From NCBI GenBank assembly GCA_049606355.1, contig JBMYVL010000001.1, forward strand, positions 226,871 through 258,870: a stretch of 32,000 bases of DNA, written 5' to 3'. Under the pieces are notes generated by a model, which ran no database searches, had not been told where the DNA came from, and saw only the letters and a program-made list of their open reading frames with translations. How positions within the stretch are numbered: position 1 is the stretch's first letter; each line of letters starts with the position of its first letter. Origin of the DNA: Opitutales bacterium (GTDB taxonomy: Bacteria; Verrucomicrobiota; Verrucomicrobiia; Opitutales; Coraliomargaritaceae). A program made the position numbers and the translations under genes. This document shows, in pieces, positions 21,445-32,000 of this stretch.

Positions 21445-22107
21445 TCAAGCGCGCAAGCCCGGTAACGGTGACTGTTGCTGCAGTCCCGCCGGAGCGCCGA
21501 GCACCTCGCTGTAAATAAAGGCGGCACGTGCCGCGGCTGGGTTGCTTAAGCTCGAGCGAACCGGGCCAGCCAATACGCCACCCTTGGATTCAGCGCTGCC
21601 ACGCCGCGCGGGGGTTTTGGCTCGCGCCGCATGCGCCTTGCTCCGAAGCGCCGCTGCCTGTCGCTGGGTCGCCTCGATCTTGCGCTGCTGCGCCTCAATC
21701 ACTTGCGCATACGCATGGTCCGAAGCCTCCCACGAAAAGCCACCGGGCGCGCCGTCATCCGCATTCGAGGTTTGCGCCGGTACCTCGTGAGGCGCTTCCA
21801 GCGTTTGCTTGTATTGCTCGCGGCCCTCCTTCAAGCGTTCCCGGATGGTACGCTGCGCTGCTGCAGGGCCGGGTTCGGTAGCCTCTGGAGACAGCGCCCT
21901 GCCCTCCGCAGCGGCGCGCCGTGCCTCGATCTTGCGTCGTATCTGCTCCTTAATCTGCTGCTCCGCGGAGGTCTCTTCGTAGGCTTCTGCGTCGCGCCGC
22001 TCCGGCCGCGGCTCTCCGCTCTCCTCGTTTTTCTTGGAAAGTAGATTCCCGAAGAAATACACCGCCGCAAAAATGAGCGGAAAAAGAATCTCGAGTAGGT
22101 TTTCCAT
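21445..22107 (-). CDS. Hypothetical membrane-anchored low-complexity protein (220 aa), last gene of the NfeD-FloA operon
   Basis: An N-terminal TM helix (LLEILFPLIFAAVYFFGNLL) is followed by an Ala/Arg/Glu/Gln-rich predicted coiled or disordered region. The C-terminal motif is AAFIYSEVLGAPAGL. It lies on the same strand, 76 nt downstream of floA. Codon third positions look genome-typical. No family was recognised. Confidence 0.5.
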   Translation of the reverse strand: MENLLEILFPLIFAAVYFFGNLLSKKNEESGEPRPERRDAEAYEETSAEQQIKEQIRRKIEARRAAAEGRALSPEATEPGPAAAQRTIRERLKEGREQYKQTLEAPHEVPAQTSNADDGAPGGFSWEASDHAYAQVIEAQQRKIEATQRQAAALRSKAHAARAKTPARRGSAESKGGVLAGPVRSSLSNPAAARAAFIYSEVLGAPAGLQQQSPLPGLRA

Positions 22108-22183
22108 TCGCTGTGCAGCTCAGTAAATTGTGTCCGCAGCGAACGCAAAACGGCGATCGATACGGACACCCTTGAACGATGGA

Positions 22184-23224
22184 TTAGTTGGCTTCATCGC
22201 CCTTCGAAATCGAATCACGCATGTCTGTATCCGCCTTGATGTTATTGAGTCGGTAGTAGTCCATGACGCCCAAATTGCCGGTACGGAAGGCCTCTGCCAA
22301 AGCGAGCGGCACCTGCGCCTCCGCTTCAACGACTTTCGCCTTCATTTCTTCGACCTTCGCTTTGTTTTCTTGCTCTGCAGCAACCGCCGCCGCACGCCGC
22401 ATTTCTGCCTTAGCCTGAGCGACATTCTTATCCGCCTCTGCCTGCGATTCTTGCAACTTGGCGCCAATATTTTCGCCCACATCGACGTCGGCAATATCGA
22501 TGGAGAGGATTTCAAATGCGGTCCCCACATCGAGGCCGCGATCGAGCACCACTTTAGAAATGGTATCGGGCGATTCGAGCACGGTCTTGTAGGAATCCGC
22601 CGAGCCAATCGTGGTAACGATGCCCTCACCCACGCGAGCGATCACCGTTTCCTCCAAGGCGCTGCCAACATAGTTGTCCAGATTGGAGCGCACGGTGACG
22701 CGTGCCCGGGCCTTGACCTGAATGCCGTCCTTGGCGACGCCGTCGATCGTCGACCGCCCGCTCTGTGGGTTCGGACATTCAATCACCTTCGGGTTAATTG
22801 AGGTGCGTACCGCCTCCAGCACCGACTTGCCGGTGCCTTTCGTCGCCAAATCGATTGCGCAGGCGCGCTGCCAGTCGAGGTTGATATTCGCCTTATCGGC
22901 GGCGACCAGTGCCTGCACCGTCTGGATGACATTTCCCTCTGCCAGGTAGTGTGCTTCGAGATCATTGGAGTCGAGTTCGATGCCAGCCTTCACCGCGGTG
23001 ATCCGCGCGTCCACAATCAAGGAAGCAGGCACGCCCCGCAGGCGCATGGCAATCAAGGTCGGAAAGCCCACCGTTGCCTTGGCCAGGTAGGACTTCAGGA
23101 AGAGGCCGATGTAGGTGAAAAAAATCACCGCGAAGACCAGCAGGAGGAGGCCCAAAACAAAGGCGATGGCAACCTGCCAACCGCCGATAAAGGCCAAAGT
23201 GTGTGTGAATAGCTCTGTGTTCAT
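22184..23224 (-). CDS. floA: Flotillin-like protein FloA (SPFH/UPF0365 family, YqfA-like)
   Basis: An N-terminal hairpin membrane anchor is followed by [24 protein letters not shown] and [11 protein letters not shown]. The SPFH core is followed by an Ala/Glu/Lys-rich coiled coil ([32 protein letters not shown]). Confidence 0.9.
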   Translation of the reverse strand: MNTELFTHTLAFIGGWQVAIAFVLGLLLLVFAVIFFTYIGLFLKSYLAKATVGFPTLIAMRLRGVPASLIVDARITAVKAGIELDSNDLEAHYLAEGNVIQTVQALVAADKANINLDWQRACAIDLATKGTGKSVLEAVRTSINPKVIECPNPQSGRSTIDGVAKDGIQVKARARVTVRSNLDNYVGSALEETVIARVGEGIVTTIGSADSYKTVLESPDTISKVVLDRGLDVGTAFEILSIDIADVDVGENIGAKLQESQAEADKNVAQAKAEMRRAAAVAAEQENKAKVEEMKAKVVEAEAQVPLALAEAFRTGNLGVMDYYRLNNIKADTDMRDSISKGDEAN

Positions 23225-23682
23225 GATTTTTGAATAATTAACTTAAAACTGTCTTGGGAAACCACACGGATCGCTTGCTGGGCCTCAATGTACCCATCTT
23301 GTGAAATCGCTTCGTAGGACTGCCCATCCACGAGCACCCTGCCACTGGGGTTCAAGCGGGTCAATGTCGTACCAGACTGACCGATGATCGATGCATCCGC
23401 CTTACAGACATTTGAATGCCCCTCCACGGATCGACCCAAAAAGAAGCGCTTTCCGTACTGGGTTTGTGCAAACCACTTAAATTCCAAAATCGTCATCAGC
23501 AGTGCGAAGACCACGGTGCCGACAAAGAGCCCGCCGCCAACCCACAGGCCGTAGTCCTGAATCGCCAAGGCGGTCGCCGCCACGATACAGCCCGCCGCCA
23601 ATAGACCCAGCAAGCCGCCGGGCAGGAGTACCTCCCAAAAAATCAGGACCAGGGCGCCAATAATTAAGCCCGCAATCAACAT
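23221..23682 (-). CDS. Short NfeD-family protein (TM helices plus C-terminal OB-fold; YqeZ/NfeD1b-like)
   Basis: Two or three TM segments are followed by [27 protein letters not shown], the NfeD C-terminal OB-fold pattern. The start is taken at ATG 23682 (MLIAGLIIG...). Its TGA overlaps the floA ATG (ATGA at 23221-23224). Confidence 0.75.
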   Translation of the reverse strand: MLIAGLIIGALVLIFWEVLLPGGLLGLLAAGCIVAATALAIQDYGLWVGGGLFVGTVVFALLMTILEFKWFAQTQYGKRFFLGRSVEGHSNVCKADASIIGQSGTTLTRLNPSGRVLVDGQSYEAISQDGYIEAQQAIRVVSQDSFKLIIQKS

Positions 23683-25115
23683 GGGTCGGTCACCTCCTCG
23701 ACGATCCAACCAAAATCACTCGCGCCGACCACACGCACCGTCGCGCCGAGATCAATCGACCCAACGGCACAGCTGGCCTCATAGCGCACACCATCGATCT
23801 CGACACGTCCGGCCGGATGCAGCGGCGTCACCACACGCCCCAAGTGCCCCAGCAGCGCTGGCTTTGCGGCAGACCCTGTGGCAGCAGGTCCACCGGCCAC
23901 TTCGTCGAGCACCAGTTGACGCTCCATCCACGAACCTTTCAGCACCCTCGATAGCAGCAGTGCGCCCCCCATGGCGAGCGCCAGTCCAAAAATCAGATTC
24001 ACCATCGGGCCAAGAAACAATTCAGCGGAAAGCTCGGTCTTCCCTCCTGGCCAAAAATCCACCATCGCCCACAGCAATGAGCCGGCCATGAGGAGCAAGC
24101 CACTCGCGGCAAACACGATCGTCCCGGCAAAGAAGAGGATTTCGGCCAGGATGAGCAGCACGCCGAGAATGAAAAATAGGATCGGCTCATTTCCCGCAAG
24201 CCCGGCGATATATTGGCTGATAAAGAAGATCGCGATCAGGGTGATGCCGCCGATGCCAAAGATCCCGAAGCCGGGGGTCTTGAATTCGAGAAACAACAGC
24301 AACATGCCGATGCCCATCAACGCCGGCGCAAAGGTATTCAGCCATTTTGCCCATTCCTCTGAGTAGGTGATCTGGAAATCCTTTATCTCGTAGTGCCCCG
24401 CGCCAAACTTCGCAACGAGCAGCGCCTCGAGGTCCGGGTAGATCCCCGCACCCAGGAGTGGCTCCGGCGGCTCGCCATATTCCTGCATGGCTTCCGGGGC
24501 CGTAAGCGTGAGCAACTCACCTGCGGGCTTAATCACCGTCTCGCCGACCTTCAGTTCAAAATCCGCATCCAGCATGGCACGAATCACATCCGCTCGGTAG
24601 CGCTCTTCAGCCGCCATCACCCGGATGTTGGCCCGCAAATAACTCTCCATCTTCAAGCGTGCGGTTTCGGGAACATCTTCGCCGGTTCCCTGAATCACTG
24701 CCGAGGCACCAATCTTGCCACGTGGCGCAAAATAAATGGACTCGGTCGAGGCCGCGATAAATGAGCCTGCGGAGATCGCATCTTCATTCACATAAGTCGC
24801 CGTGATGCCATCAAAGCGATCCAGCGCTTCCATCATCTCTAAGCACACATCGACGCGCCCACCGGGTGTATCCATATCCAGGATCACCATCTCGATATCA
24901 TTGCGAATGGCCTCTTTAAGCCCGCGCCGCAGAATATACAGATTCGGCTTCCCAATCATCCCCTCAATTGGGATCACGTAGACCGCGACCTTCTCGATCG
25001 CTGCGGGGCGCGCATCGATCTCCGACGAATCCACTAGCGGGCTTTGCGCCACTGCGGTGACCGTGAGAGCGCTCCACAGGAGCCATAAGAGCCAGTAACG
25101 CTGCAAAAAAGACAT
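23676..25115 (-). CDS. Long NfeD-family membrane-bound ClpP-class serine protease (STOPP-like)
   Basis: A signal/anchor region is followed by a ClpP-like domain ([27 protein letters not shown] with the candidate catalytic Ser). Five or so TM segments follow. The C-terminal OB-fold is [25 protein letters not shown]. Confidence 0.85.
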   Translation of the reverse strand: MSFLQRYWLLWLLWSALTVTAVAQSPLVDSSEIDARPAAIEKVAVYVIPIEGMIGKPNLYILRRGLKEAIRNDIEMVILDMDTPGGRVDVCLEMMEALDRFDGITATYVNEDAISAGSFIAASTESIYFAPRGKIGASAVIQGTGEDVPETARLKMESYLRANIRVMAAEERYRADVIRAMLDADFELKVGETVIKPAGELLTLTAPEAMQEYGEPPEPLLGAGIYPDLEALLVAKFGAGHYEIKDFQITYSEEWAKWLNTFAPALMGIGMLLLFLEFKTPGFGIFGIGGITLIAIFFISQYIAGLAGNEPILFFILGVLLILAEILFFAGTIVFAASGLLLMAGSLLWAMVDFWPGGKTELSAELFLGPMVNLIFGLALAMGGALLLSRVLKGSWMERQLVLDEVAGGPAATGSAAKPALLGHLGRVVTPLHPAGRVEIDGVRYEASCAVGSIDLGATVRVVGASDFGWIVEEVTDPC

Positions 25116-25229
25116 GTGCTCTCAGCATGCGCGCCTATTTTAAGAAGGCAAGCTCCACAGCGCTGAATTCACGCGGCGCAGTAGTTCAGGCTTCTCAGCC
25201 CGCGCTTTTCGCATAGGCTGCTGCACCGT

Positions 25230-26156
25230 ATGGAAACGATCGAGTATAATGGCATGCACCTACAGCGTTGGAACTGCGGTCCCTCTACTTTTTTAGCGGA
25301 CCCTGAGCAGGGCGCGCGGCTGATCCACTGGAATATACGGATGTCGGACGGCTCGTACCGCGACGTCATTCATTGGCCCGAAACGATCGGCAGCACGCCC
25401 TTCGCAAAAGTGCGCGGTGGCAACCCCATCCTATTTCCCTTTGCGGGGCGTAGCTTCCACGAGGGGCAAATCGGCCGCTGGCAAGATGCGCAGGGCGTGG
25501 TTCGTCCGATGCCGAATAATGGCTTCGCTCGTGAAAGCCACTTTAAGCTGATTCAATCGACTCCGCGCAGCTTCATCGCCGAACTCCAACCGGATGCGGC
25601 GGCCCGCGAAGCCTACCCCTTCGATTATCGTTTCACCGTGTGTTATGAATTCTCGGAGGTCGCATTTAAAGTTTACCTAAGCCTCGAAAATCAGGGCGAG
25701 CAGCCCTTGCTCTGGTCCGCGGGGCATCACTTTTATTTTGCGCTGCCGTGGCATGAGGACCTTTCCCGAAAGGATTACCGCTTTCAGGTGCCCGCCAAGA
25801 AATGCTTCACGCATGCACCGGACGGCTCTTTGCAAGCAGTTGAAAAAGGCTGGGATCGCGACCTGTCGTTCGGCAATCCTGCCAATACCGACCGCATCTA
25901 CACCAAACTCACCGGGGACACGCTGCGCTTCGGCCCCAATGGCGGTGAAGAAGATATCGGCATTCGCTTCCTCAGCGACTCCACTACGGTCTCCGCGTGG
26001 AATGCTTTTCTGGTCTGGACCGAGTCGGCCGACAGCCCCTTTTATTGCGTCGAACCATGGATGGGGCCGCCCAACAGCAGCGGCCACGGCAAGGGGCTGC
26101 ACGCGGTTAACCCCGCTTCCAGCGCGAGCTTCGGCGTGGAAGTCGCGCTGATTTAG
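25230..26156 (+). CDS. Aldose 1-epimerase (galactose mutarotase-like) family protein
   Basis: [31 protein letters not shown] and [11 protein letters not shown] are family-typical motifs of the aldose-epimerase superfamily. Confidence 0.8.
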   Translation: METIEYNGMHLQRWNCGPSTFLADPEQGARLIHWNIRMSDGSYRDVIHWPETIGSTPFAKVRGGNPILFPFAGRSFHEGQIGRWQDAQGVVRPMPNNGFARESHFKLIQSTPRSFIAELQPDAAAREAYPFDYRFTVCYEFSEVAFKVYLSLENQGEQPLLWSAGHHFYFALPWHEDLSRKDYRFQVPAKKCFTHAPDGSLQAVEKGWDRDLSFGNPANTDRIYTKLTGDTLRFGPNGGEEDIGIRFLSDSTTVSAWNAFLVWTESADSPFYCVEPWMGPPNSSGHGKGLHAVNPASSASFGVEVALI

Positions 26157-26267
26157 CGGCCGCGCGGCATTTTTAGGCACTCTAAGAAGCCCCGCCGCAG
26201 GGGCAGAAACTTCTCGAAATCGCCGCACACTCCGTCAAACTACCCGCTTTTGTAATCACGCTTCCTT

Positions 26268-27614
<1,347 letters not shown>

Positions 27615-27617
27615 GTT

Positions 27618-29090
27618 GTGAATACTGCCATCATTTATCGGCTGCTGAGCATGGTGCTGCTCGCGCTCTCGGGGGCGTTTGGGCTCTGTGTGCTGGTCGG
27701 CCGCATCGCCGGCGAAAGCTTTGCAGATCGCTCCCTGCAAGCCTTTGCGGCGACGATCGGCGTCAGCTTAGTGCTCGCCCTCCTGTTTCATTGGCGTGGG
27801 CGCAGCGGAAGCGCCAAGCTCTTTCGCCGCGAAGCGCTGTGCGCCATCGGCCTGTCGTGGTTCGTCGCGACCTTGGTCGGCGCAATTCCCTACGTGCTGA
27901 CGGTCGAGCACTGCGACCTCGCCGATGCGATTTTTGAATCCTCTTCGGGCCTGACCACCACCGGCGCGACCGCCTTCAAGGATTTTGCCGACTTCCCGAA
28001 AAGCTTACTGTTTTGGCGTTCGCTGAGCCAGTGGGTCGGCGGCTTGGGTGTGGTGGTGTTCTTCGTCGCCATTCTCTCCTCATTGGGTGCGGGTGCGAAG
28101 ATTCTCTTTAGTAACGAATCCTCCGGCGCCTCCTCGGACTTTGAGCAGGGGCGGGTACAAAAAGGCGCGTTGAGCCTGCTGCTCTATTATCTCGGCATCT
28201 CCTTCGCCTGCCTGCTGGCCTATAAACTCGGCGGTATGGATTGGTTTCAAGCGATCAACCATGCCATGACCACAGTCGCCACCGGGGGGTTCAGCACTCA
28301 AGCCGGCAGCTTCGAAGAGTTTAACAGCCCGGCGCTGGAGTGGATCGCCATCGTGTTCATGATCCTCAGCGCCACAACCTTCGTCTATGTGATACGTTTG
28401 CTCAAGGGCCGGCGCGAGATCCTGCGGCAAAACAATGAGGTGTACTGGTTTTATGCGCTGCTCGTCGGCGCCACCGCGTTACTGACGCTGTATTTAATCG
28501 AGCTGCGCGGCGAGTGGCCCAACCATGAACTACTGCGTCTGGCGGCGTTTCAGGCGACGTCCATCCTGACCACCACCGGCTATGCCTCAGCCGATTTTGA
28601 CAGCTGGCTGCCCCCGGCCAAAATGCTGCTGATCATTCTGATGTTTATCGGCGGCTGTTCGGGCTCAACCGCTGGCGGCGTTAAGATGGTGCGGGTGGTC
28701 ATTGCCCTGCGCGCGGTGGGCCGCAGTATCGTCCATTCCTTCCGGCCACAGATTACCGTGCCGATGCGCCTCGGCGGCCGCGTCCTCAGCGAGCGAGCGA
28801 TCCAGAGCGTGATGATCTTCCTGCTGCTGATGATCGCACTACAGATCTTCGCGATGCTGTTTGTCTCCGCCAACGAGCCGGACATCAGCTTTTTGGCGGT
28901 TTTTTCCTGCGTACAATCGACGCTGTTTAATATTGGCCCCGGGTTTGACGCCGTCGGCCCCACGGAAAATTTTCACTTCCTGCGCAGCTCGACCAAGCTC
29001 TTCCTGACCCTGCTGATGACCTTAGGTCGCCTCGAGCTCTATGCAGTGTTGGTGCTGTTCGCACCGAGCGTTTGGAAGCACTACGCCTAG
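27618..29090 (+). CDS. trkH: Trk potassium uptake system membrane subunit TrkH
   Basis: Repeated pore-loop/selectivity motifs are present: [35 protein letters not shown] and the [14 protein letters not shown] gating-loop region. A GTG start lies 3 nt after the trkA stop; an ATG at 27651 is an alternative. Confidence 0.92.
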   Translation: MNTAIIYRLLSMVLLALSGAFGLCVLVGRIAGESFADRSLQAFAATIGVSLVLALLFHWRGRSGSAKLFRREALCAIGLSWFVATLVGAIPYVLTVEHCDLADAIFESSSGLTTTGATAFKDFADFPKSLLFWRSLSQWVGGLGVVVFFVAILSSLGAGAKILFSNESSGASSDFEQGRVQKGALSLLLYYLGISFACLLAYKLGGMDWFQAINHAMTTVATGGFSTQAGSFEEFNSPALEWIAIVFMILSATTFVYVIRLLKGRREILRQNNEVYWFYALLVGATALLTLYLIELRGEWPNHELLRLAAFQATSILTTTGYASADFDSWLPPAKMLLIILMFIGGCSGSTAGGVKMVRVVIALRAVGRSIVHSFRPQITVPMRLGGRVLSERAIQSVMIFLLLMIALQIFAMLFVSANEPDISFLAVFSCVQSTLFNIGPGFDAVGPTENFHFLRSSTKLFLTLLMTLGRLELYAVLVLFAPSVWKHYA

Positions 29091-29132
29091 GCGCGCCGCT
29101 GTTGACACTCGTGCCGGCGGCAGTGGTCGCGA

Positions 29133-29366
29133 CTACTCGTCGTCGTCCCCGATCGCTTCAACCGGGCAGCCTTCCAGGGCTTCGTTGCAGAGCTCCAGCT
29201 CCTCGGGCGATTCTGGCTGCTTGTACACATAGGAGTAGCCACCGTCCTCGTTGCGGGTGAAATTATCCGGTGCGGTCTCACGGCAAAGGTCACAGTCAAT
29301 GCACTGCTCATCGACATAGAACTTGCCCTTCACGTTTTCCGGCCACTTTTCATCTTTTTCTGCCAT
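29133..29366 (-). CDS. Small single-cluster ferredoxin (77 aa, acidic C-terminus)
   Basis: FYVDEQCIDCDLCRETAP ... EGCPVEAI follows the CxxCxxC...CP iron-sulfur cluster pattern. Confidence 0.85.
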   Translation of the reverse strand: MAEKDEKWPENVKGKFYVDEQCIDCDLCRETAPDNFTRNEDGGYSYVYKQPESPEELELCNEALEGCPVEAIGDDDE

Positions 29367-29483
29367 AGGGGACAGAGGCTATTGAATTCCGTACGGTGTC
29401 AAGCGGTAAGCCATGGAACTCCCGCGACATTATCTGGTCTCGAACCTTGGCAAAGCCGCCGCAATGGCTACGCTTTAAGTTTC

Positions 29484-30398
29484 ATGCTCTACGATCGACC
29501 TTACATGCGCCAACCGCAGGCGCCCCATCCCACACAGCGCATGCCGGTGGTGACGCTGTTGCTCATTATAACGATCTGTGTCTTCGTCCTACAGCAGCTA
29601 TTCAATGTGCTCTTCCCTAACCCCTACCTGCCGGGGAATGAAAACGCCTTCATGGCACAGTGGTTTGCGCTGAGCGGTGAAAACTTTCGTGCTCTCAAAA
29701 TATGGACGCTGCTCAGTTACAGTTTCCTGCACAGCACCCAAAGCCTGATGCACCTCATCGGCAATATGCTGGGCTTATTTTTTATCGGCCGGATCCTCGA
29801 GCCGATTTTAGGGCGGCATAAATTTCTGCTGCTGTATTTTAGTGGCGCCGTCTGTGGTGGCCTGCTCTACCTGCTGCTGCATTTCAGCGGCTCGACCGTG
29901 GTGGTGGGTGCCTCTGCCGCGGTGTTTGCGCTCCTGACGGTGTTCTGCCAGATCCACCCGGAGCGCCCTATCACCCTACTGCTTTTTTTCATCTTACCGG
30001 TGACGGTCAAACCGCGCTATGTCTTTTGGGCGAGCCTCGCCATCTCTGCCCTGGGCCTGCTCTTTTATGAGCTTTCCGGGCGTTCCCACTTGGCGCATTC
30101 GGCGCACTTGGGTGGCATCCTGTTGGGCTTGGTGTTTTACCGCACGGTGTATCTGCCCGGCTCAATTTTCTCCACCTTCGGCAGTGGCAAGTCGCACATT
30201 CGCCCGCCTGAATGGCTCAAGCGTCACGCCAAAAAGGGTGCCGAGAAGCTCGACTACAGCGTCAACCGCTCGCGCCGCAGCGACCGCCAAAAAGAAGTCG
30301 ACCGCATCTTGGATAAAATCAACACCTCCGGATTCGGCTCCTTAAGTGAGGCGGAAAAGTCGACCCTTGAACGCGCGAAAGATCTGTTCAATTCCTAA
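29484..30398 (+). CDS. Rhomboid-family intramembrane serine protease
   Basis: HLIGNMLGLFF (H..xN region), VVGASAAVFALL (GxSxxxF catalytic Ser) and SAHLGGILLGLVFY (catalytic His) are present. The start is taken at ATG 29484 (MLYDRPYMRQ...); the track start at 29382 is probably over-extended. Confidence 0.88.
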   Translation: MLYDRPYMRQPQAPHPTQRMPVVTLLLIITICVFVLQQLFNVLFPNPYLPGNENAFMAQWFALSGENFRALKIWTLLSYSFLHSTQSLMHLIGNMLGLFFIGRILEPILGRHKFLLLYFSGAVCGGLLYLLLHFSGSTVVVGASAAVFALLTVFCQIHPERPITLLLFFILPVTVKPRYVFWASLAISALGLLFYELSGRSHLAHSAHLGGILLGLVFYRTVYLPGSIFSTFGSGKSHIRPPEWLKRHAKKGAEKLDYSVNRSRRSDRQKEVDRILDKINTSGFGSLSEAEKSTLERAKDLFNS

Positions 30399-30437
30399 AG
30401 CGCGCGAGACCACTTCCGCGACCCTTCCCTCTTTTTT

Positions 30438-32000
30438 ATGACATCCGCTTACAGTCTTCTTCTACGCAGCGCGTTACTGGCACTGCTGCTCACTGCCCCC
30501 GCCCTCAGTAGCCACGCGAAGCTCGAGCCCACGCGCGAAATGCGCGACCAAACACGCTGGGTGGTCAACACCATCAACAACCGCCACTACCTGCGCGAGA
30601 GCATCGACGCGCTCGATGGGCGCGAGATCGTCGAAGCATATATCGAATCCTTCGATTACAGCCGCATGTATTTCATTCAGCCTGAGATCGATACCTTCAG
30701 CTTCCGCTTCAGCGCCTCGATGGAGGACTTCCTCGAAAAGGGGAACCTGTATGCGGCCTTTGAAATCTACACGGCCTACACAAAAAAAGCGCAGGCCCGC
30801 ACGGACTGGGTCTACCAACGCTTGGAGCAGCCCTTTGATTTTACGCTTGAGGAAACCTTTACCCCCGATCGCCGCGAAGCCGCCTGGCCGGGCTCTGCGA
30901 GTGCCGCCAACCAACTCTGGGAACGGCGCCTCAAATACGAACTGCTCAATGAGCTACTCTCGCTTGCCGCCGAATCCGATCCGGACACTGTCAGCAACGG
31001 CGTAAAAAACCCCGATCTGATTACCGGCGACGACGAGGCGGAGTTTGATCCCGCCAAATTACAGCGCCTGCTGGACGACCCGGACTTCAACGCCCAGAAA
31101 CTGACGGAAGCCAAAAAAACGATCCGCCGCCGCTACGAGCGCAATCTCAACTATGCGCTCGATCGCGAGGCCGCCGAAGTACAGGAGGCCTACATCAATG
31201 CGATGACGCAGCTCTTCGATCCGCACTCCACCTTCTTGTCCGCCGATACGCTGGAAAGTTTTAACTCCACCGTGCAAAACTCCTTTGTCGGCATCGGCGC
31301 CATGCTGCAGGACGATGATGGCATCTGTGTGATCAAGGAGATCCTGCCCGGCGGGCCTGCCGAAGCCTCCGGCAAACTGCACCCGGAAGATAAAATTCTC
31401 GCTGTCGCGCAGGGGCGCAGCGGCGAATTTGAAGACGTCGTCGATATGCAACTGCGCTACATTGTGCGTAAGATCAAAGGGAAGAAAGGCACCGTGGTGC
31501 GCCTGCTCATCCGCCCCGGAGACGCCCTCGATCCTTCCGCGCGCAAAGAGGTCCTGATCGTGCGCAATGAGGTGAAGCTCACCGCCAATCTGGCCACGGC
31601 AAAGCTCATCACGGTTCCCGGCGAAGCCAAGCAGACGGTCGCCGTCGGCGTCATTGAACTGCCGTCCTTTTATGGCAACATCGGCGCCGGCGACACACTG
31701 ACCACCACCTCCGAGGACATTACCGAACTGCTTGGCAAGCTCCGCGAAGCCGGCGCAGAGGGCATCGTCCTCGACCTGCGTATGAATGGGGGCGGCTTAC
31801 TGACCGAGGCCGTGCGCGTGGCCGGGCTCTTCATCCCGACCGGACCGGTGGTGCAGGTGCGTGATAAGGACGGACGCATCGACGTGATTCCCGACCGCGA
31901 CCCGCGCGTCGCCTGGGAGGGCCCCTTGATCGTGCTGACTTCGCGCTTCAGTGCATCAGCTTCCGAGATTGTTGCCGGCGCCCTGCAGGACCATGGCCGT
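30438..32000 (+). CDS. Carboxy-terminal processing / tail-specific protease (S41 family, Prc/Tsp-like), N-terminal 521 codons (partial; continues past the right window edge)
   Basis: Not in the ORF track because it is open at the window edge. Manual translation from ATG 30438 gives the signal peptide [27 protein letters not shown]. The Prc N-terminal domain ([14 protein letters not shown]), a PDZ domain ([32 protein letters not shown]) and the S41 catalytic-serine motif [19 protein letters not shown] follow. The frame is open to nt 32000. Confidence 0.88.
   Translation, partial: MTSAYSLLLRSALLALLLTAPALSSHAKLEPTREMRDQTRWVVNTINNRHYLRESIDALDGREIVEAYIESFDYSRMYFIQPEIDTFSFRFSASMEDFLEKGNLYAAFEIYTAYTKKAQARTDWVYQRLEQPFDFTLEETFTPDRREAAWPGSASAANQLWERRLKYELLNELLSLAAESDPDTVSNGVKNPDLITGDDEAEFDPAKLQRLLDDPDFNAQKLTEAKKTIRRRYERNLNYALDREAAEVQEAYINAMTQLFDPHSTFLSADTLESFNSTVQNSFVGIGAMLQDDDGICVIKEILPGGPAEASGKLHPEDKILAVAQGRSGEFEDVVDMQLRYIVRKIKGKKGTVVRLLIRPGDALDPSARKEVLIVRNEVKLTANLATAKLITVPGEAKQTVAVGVIELPSFYGNIGAGDTLTTTSEDITELLGKLREAGAEGIVLDLRMNGGGLLTEAVRVAGLFIPTGPVVQVRDKDGRIDVIPDRDPRVAWEGPLIVLTSRFSASASEIVAGALQDHGR

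Noticed and set aside
26150-26185. Terminator-like GCGGCCGCGCGGC followed by ATTTTT after the aldose-epimerase gene
   Set aside because: The possible stem is only 3-4 bp with a 2-4 nt loop, which is too weak to call an intrinsic terminator.

Overview
This is a gene-dense (roughly 95% coding), moderately GC-rich bacterial chromosomal segment with about 31 protein-coding genes on both strands. Nearly all are recognisable core functions. Left to right: secA (5' part, runs off the left edge); an Smr-domain gene and rmuC (4-bp ATGA overlap); a metal-uptake locus (small His/Cys membrane protein, TonB-dependent receptor with three His/acidic insertions, Fur-family regulator, MerC-like membrane protein, DUF5069-like protein); polyprenyl diphosphate synthase; alpha/beta hydrolase; mutS; a NupG-like MFS transporter; a Y-family DNA polymerase; ftsK; grpE-dnaJ-purN-prmA; a RodZ-like HTH protein; an NfeD-NfeD-floA-hypothetical operon; an aldose-1-epimerase-family gene; trkA-trkH; a small ferredoxin; a rhomboid protease; and the 5' part of an S41 tail-specific protease running off the right edge. 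The protein flavour (MLYDRPYMR-type rhomboid N-terminus, FloA/NfeD operon, weak Shine-Dalgarno signals) suggests a PVC-group / Verrucomicrobia-like organism, but that is only an impression. I found no rRNA, tRNA, CRISPR array, transposase/integrase, phage genes or recognisable defence or toxin-antitoxin modules, and no convincing evidence of a wholly novel system. The most interesting stretch is the ~4.3-kb metal locus at 2.9-7.3 kb: a ZnuD-like receptor is paired with uncharacterised partners instead of an ABC importer, and an AT-rich 27-bp palindrome sits at the start of the Fur-family gene. The other observations are of low to moderate interest. Several track ORFs look 5'-over-extended, and I give the starts I consider more likely.
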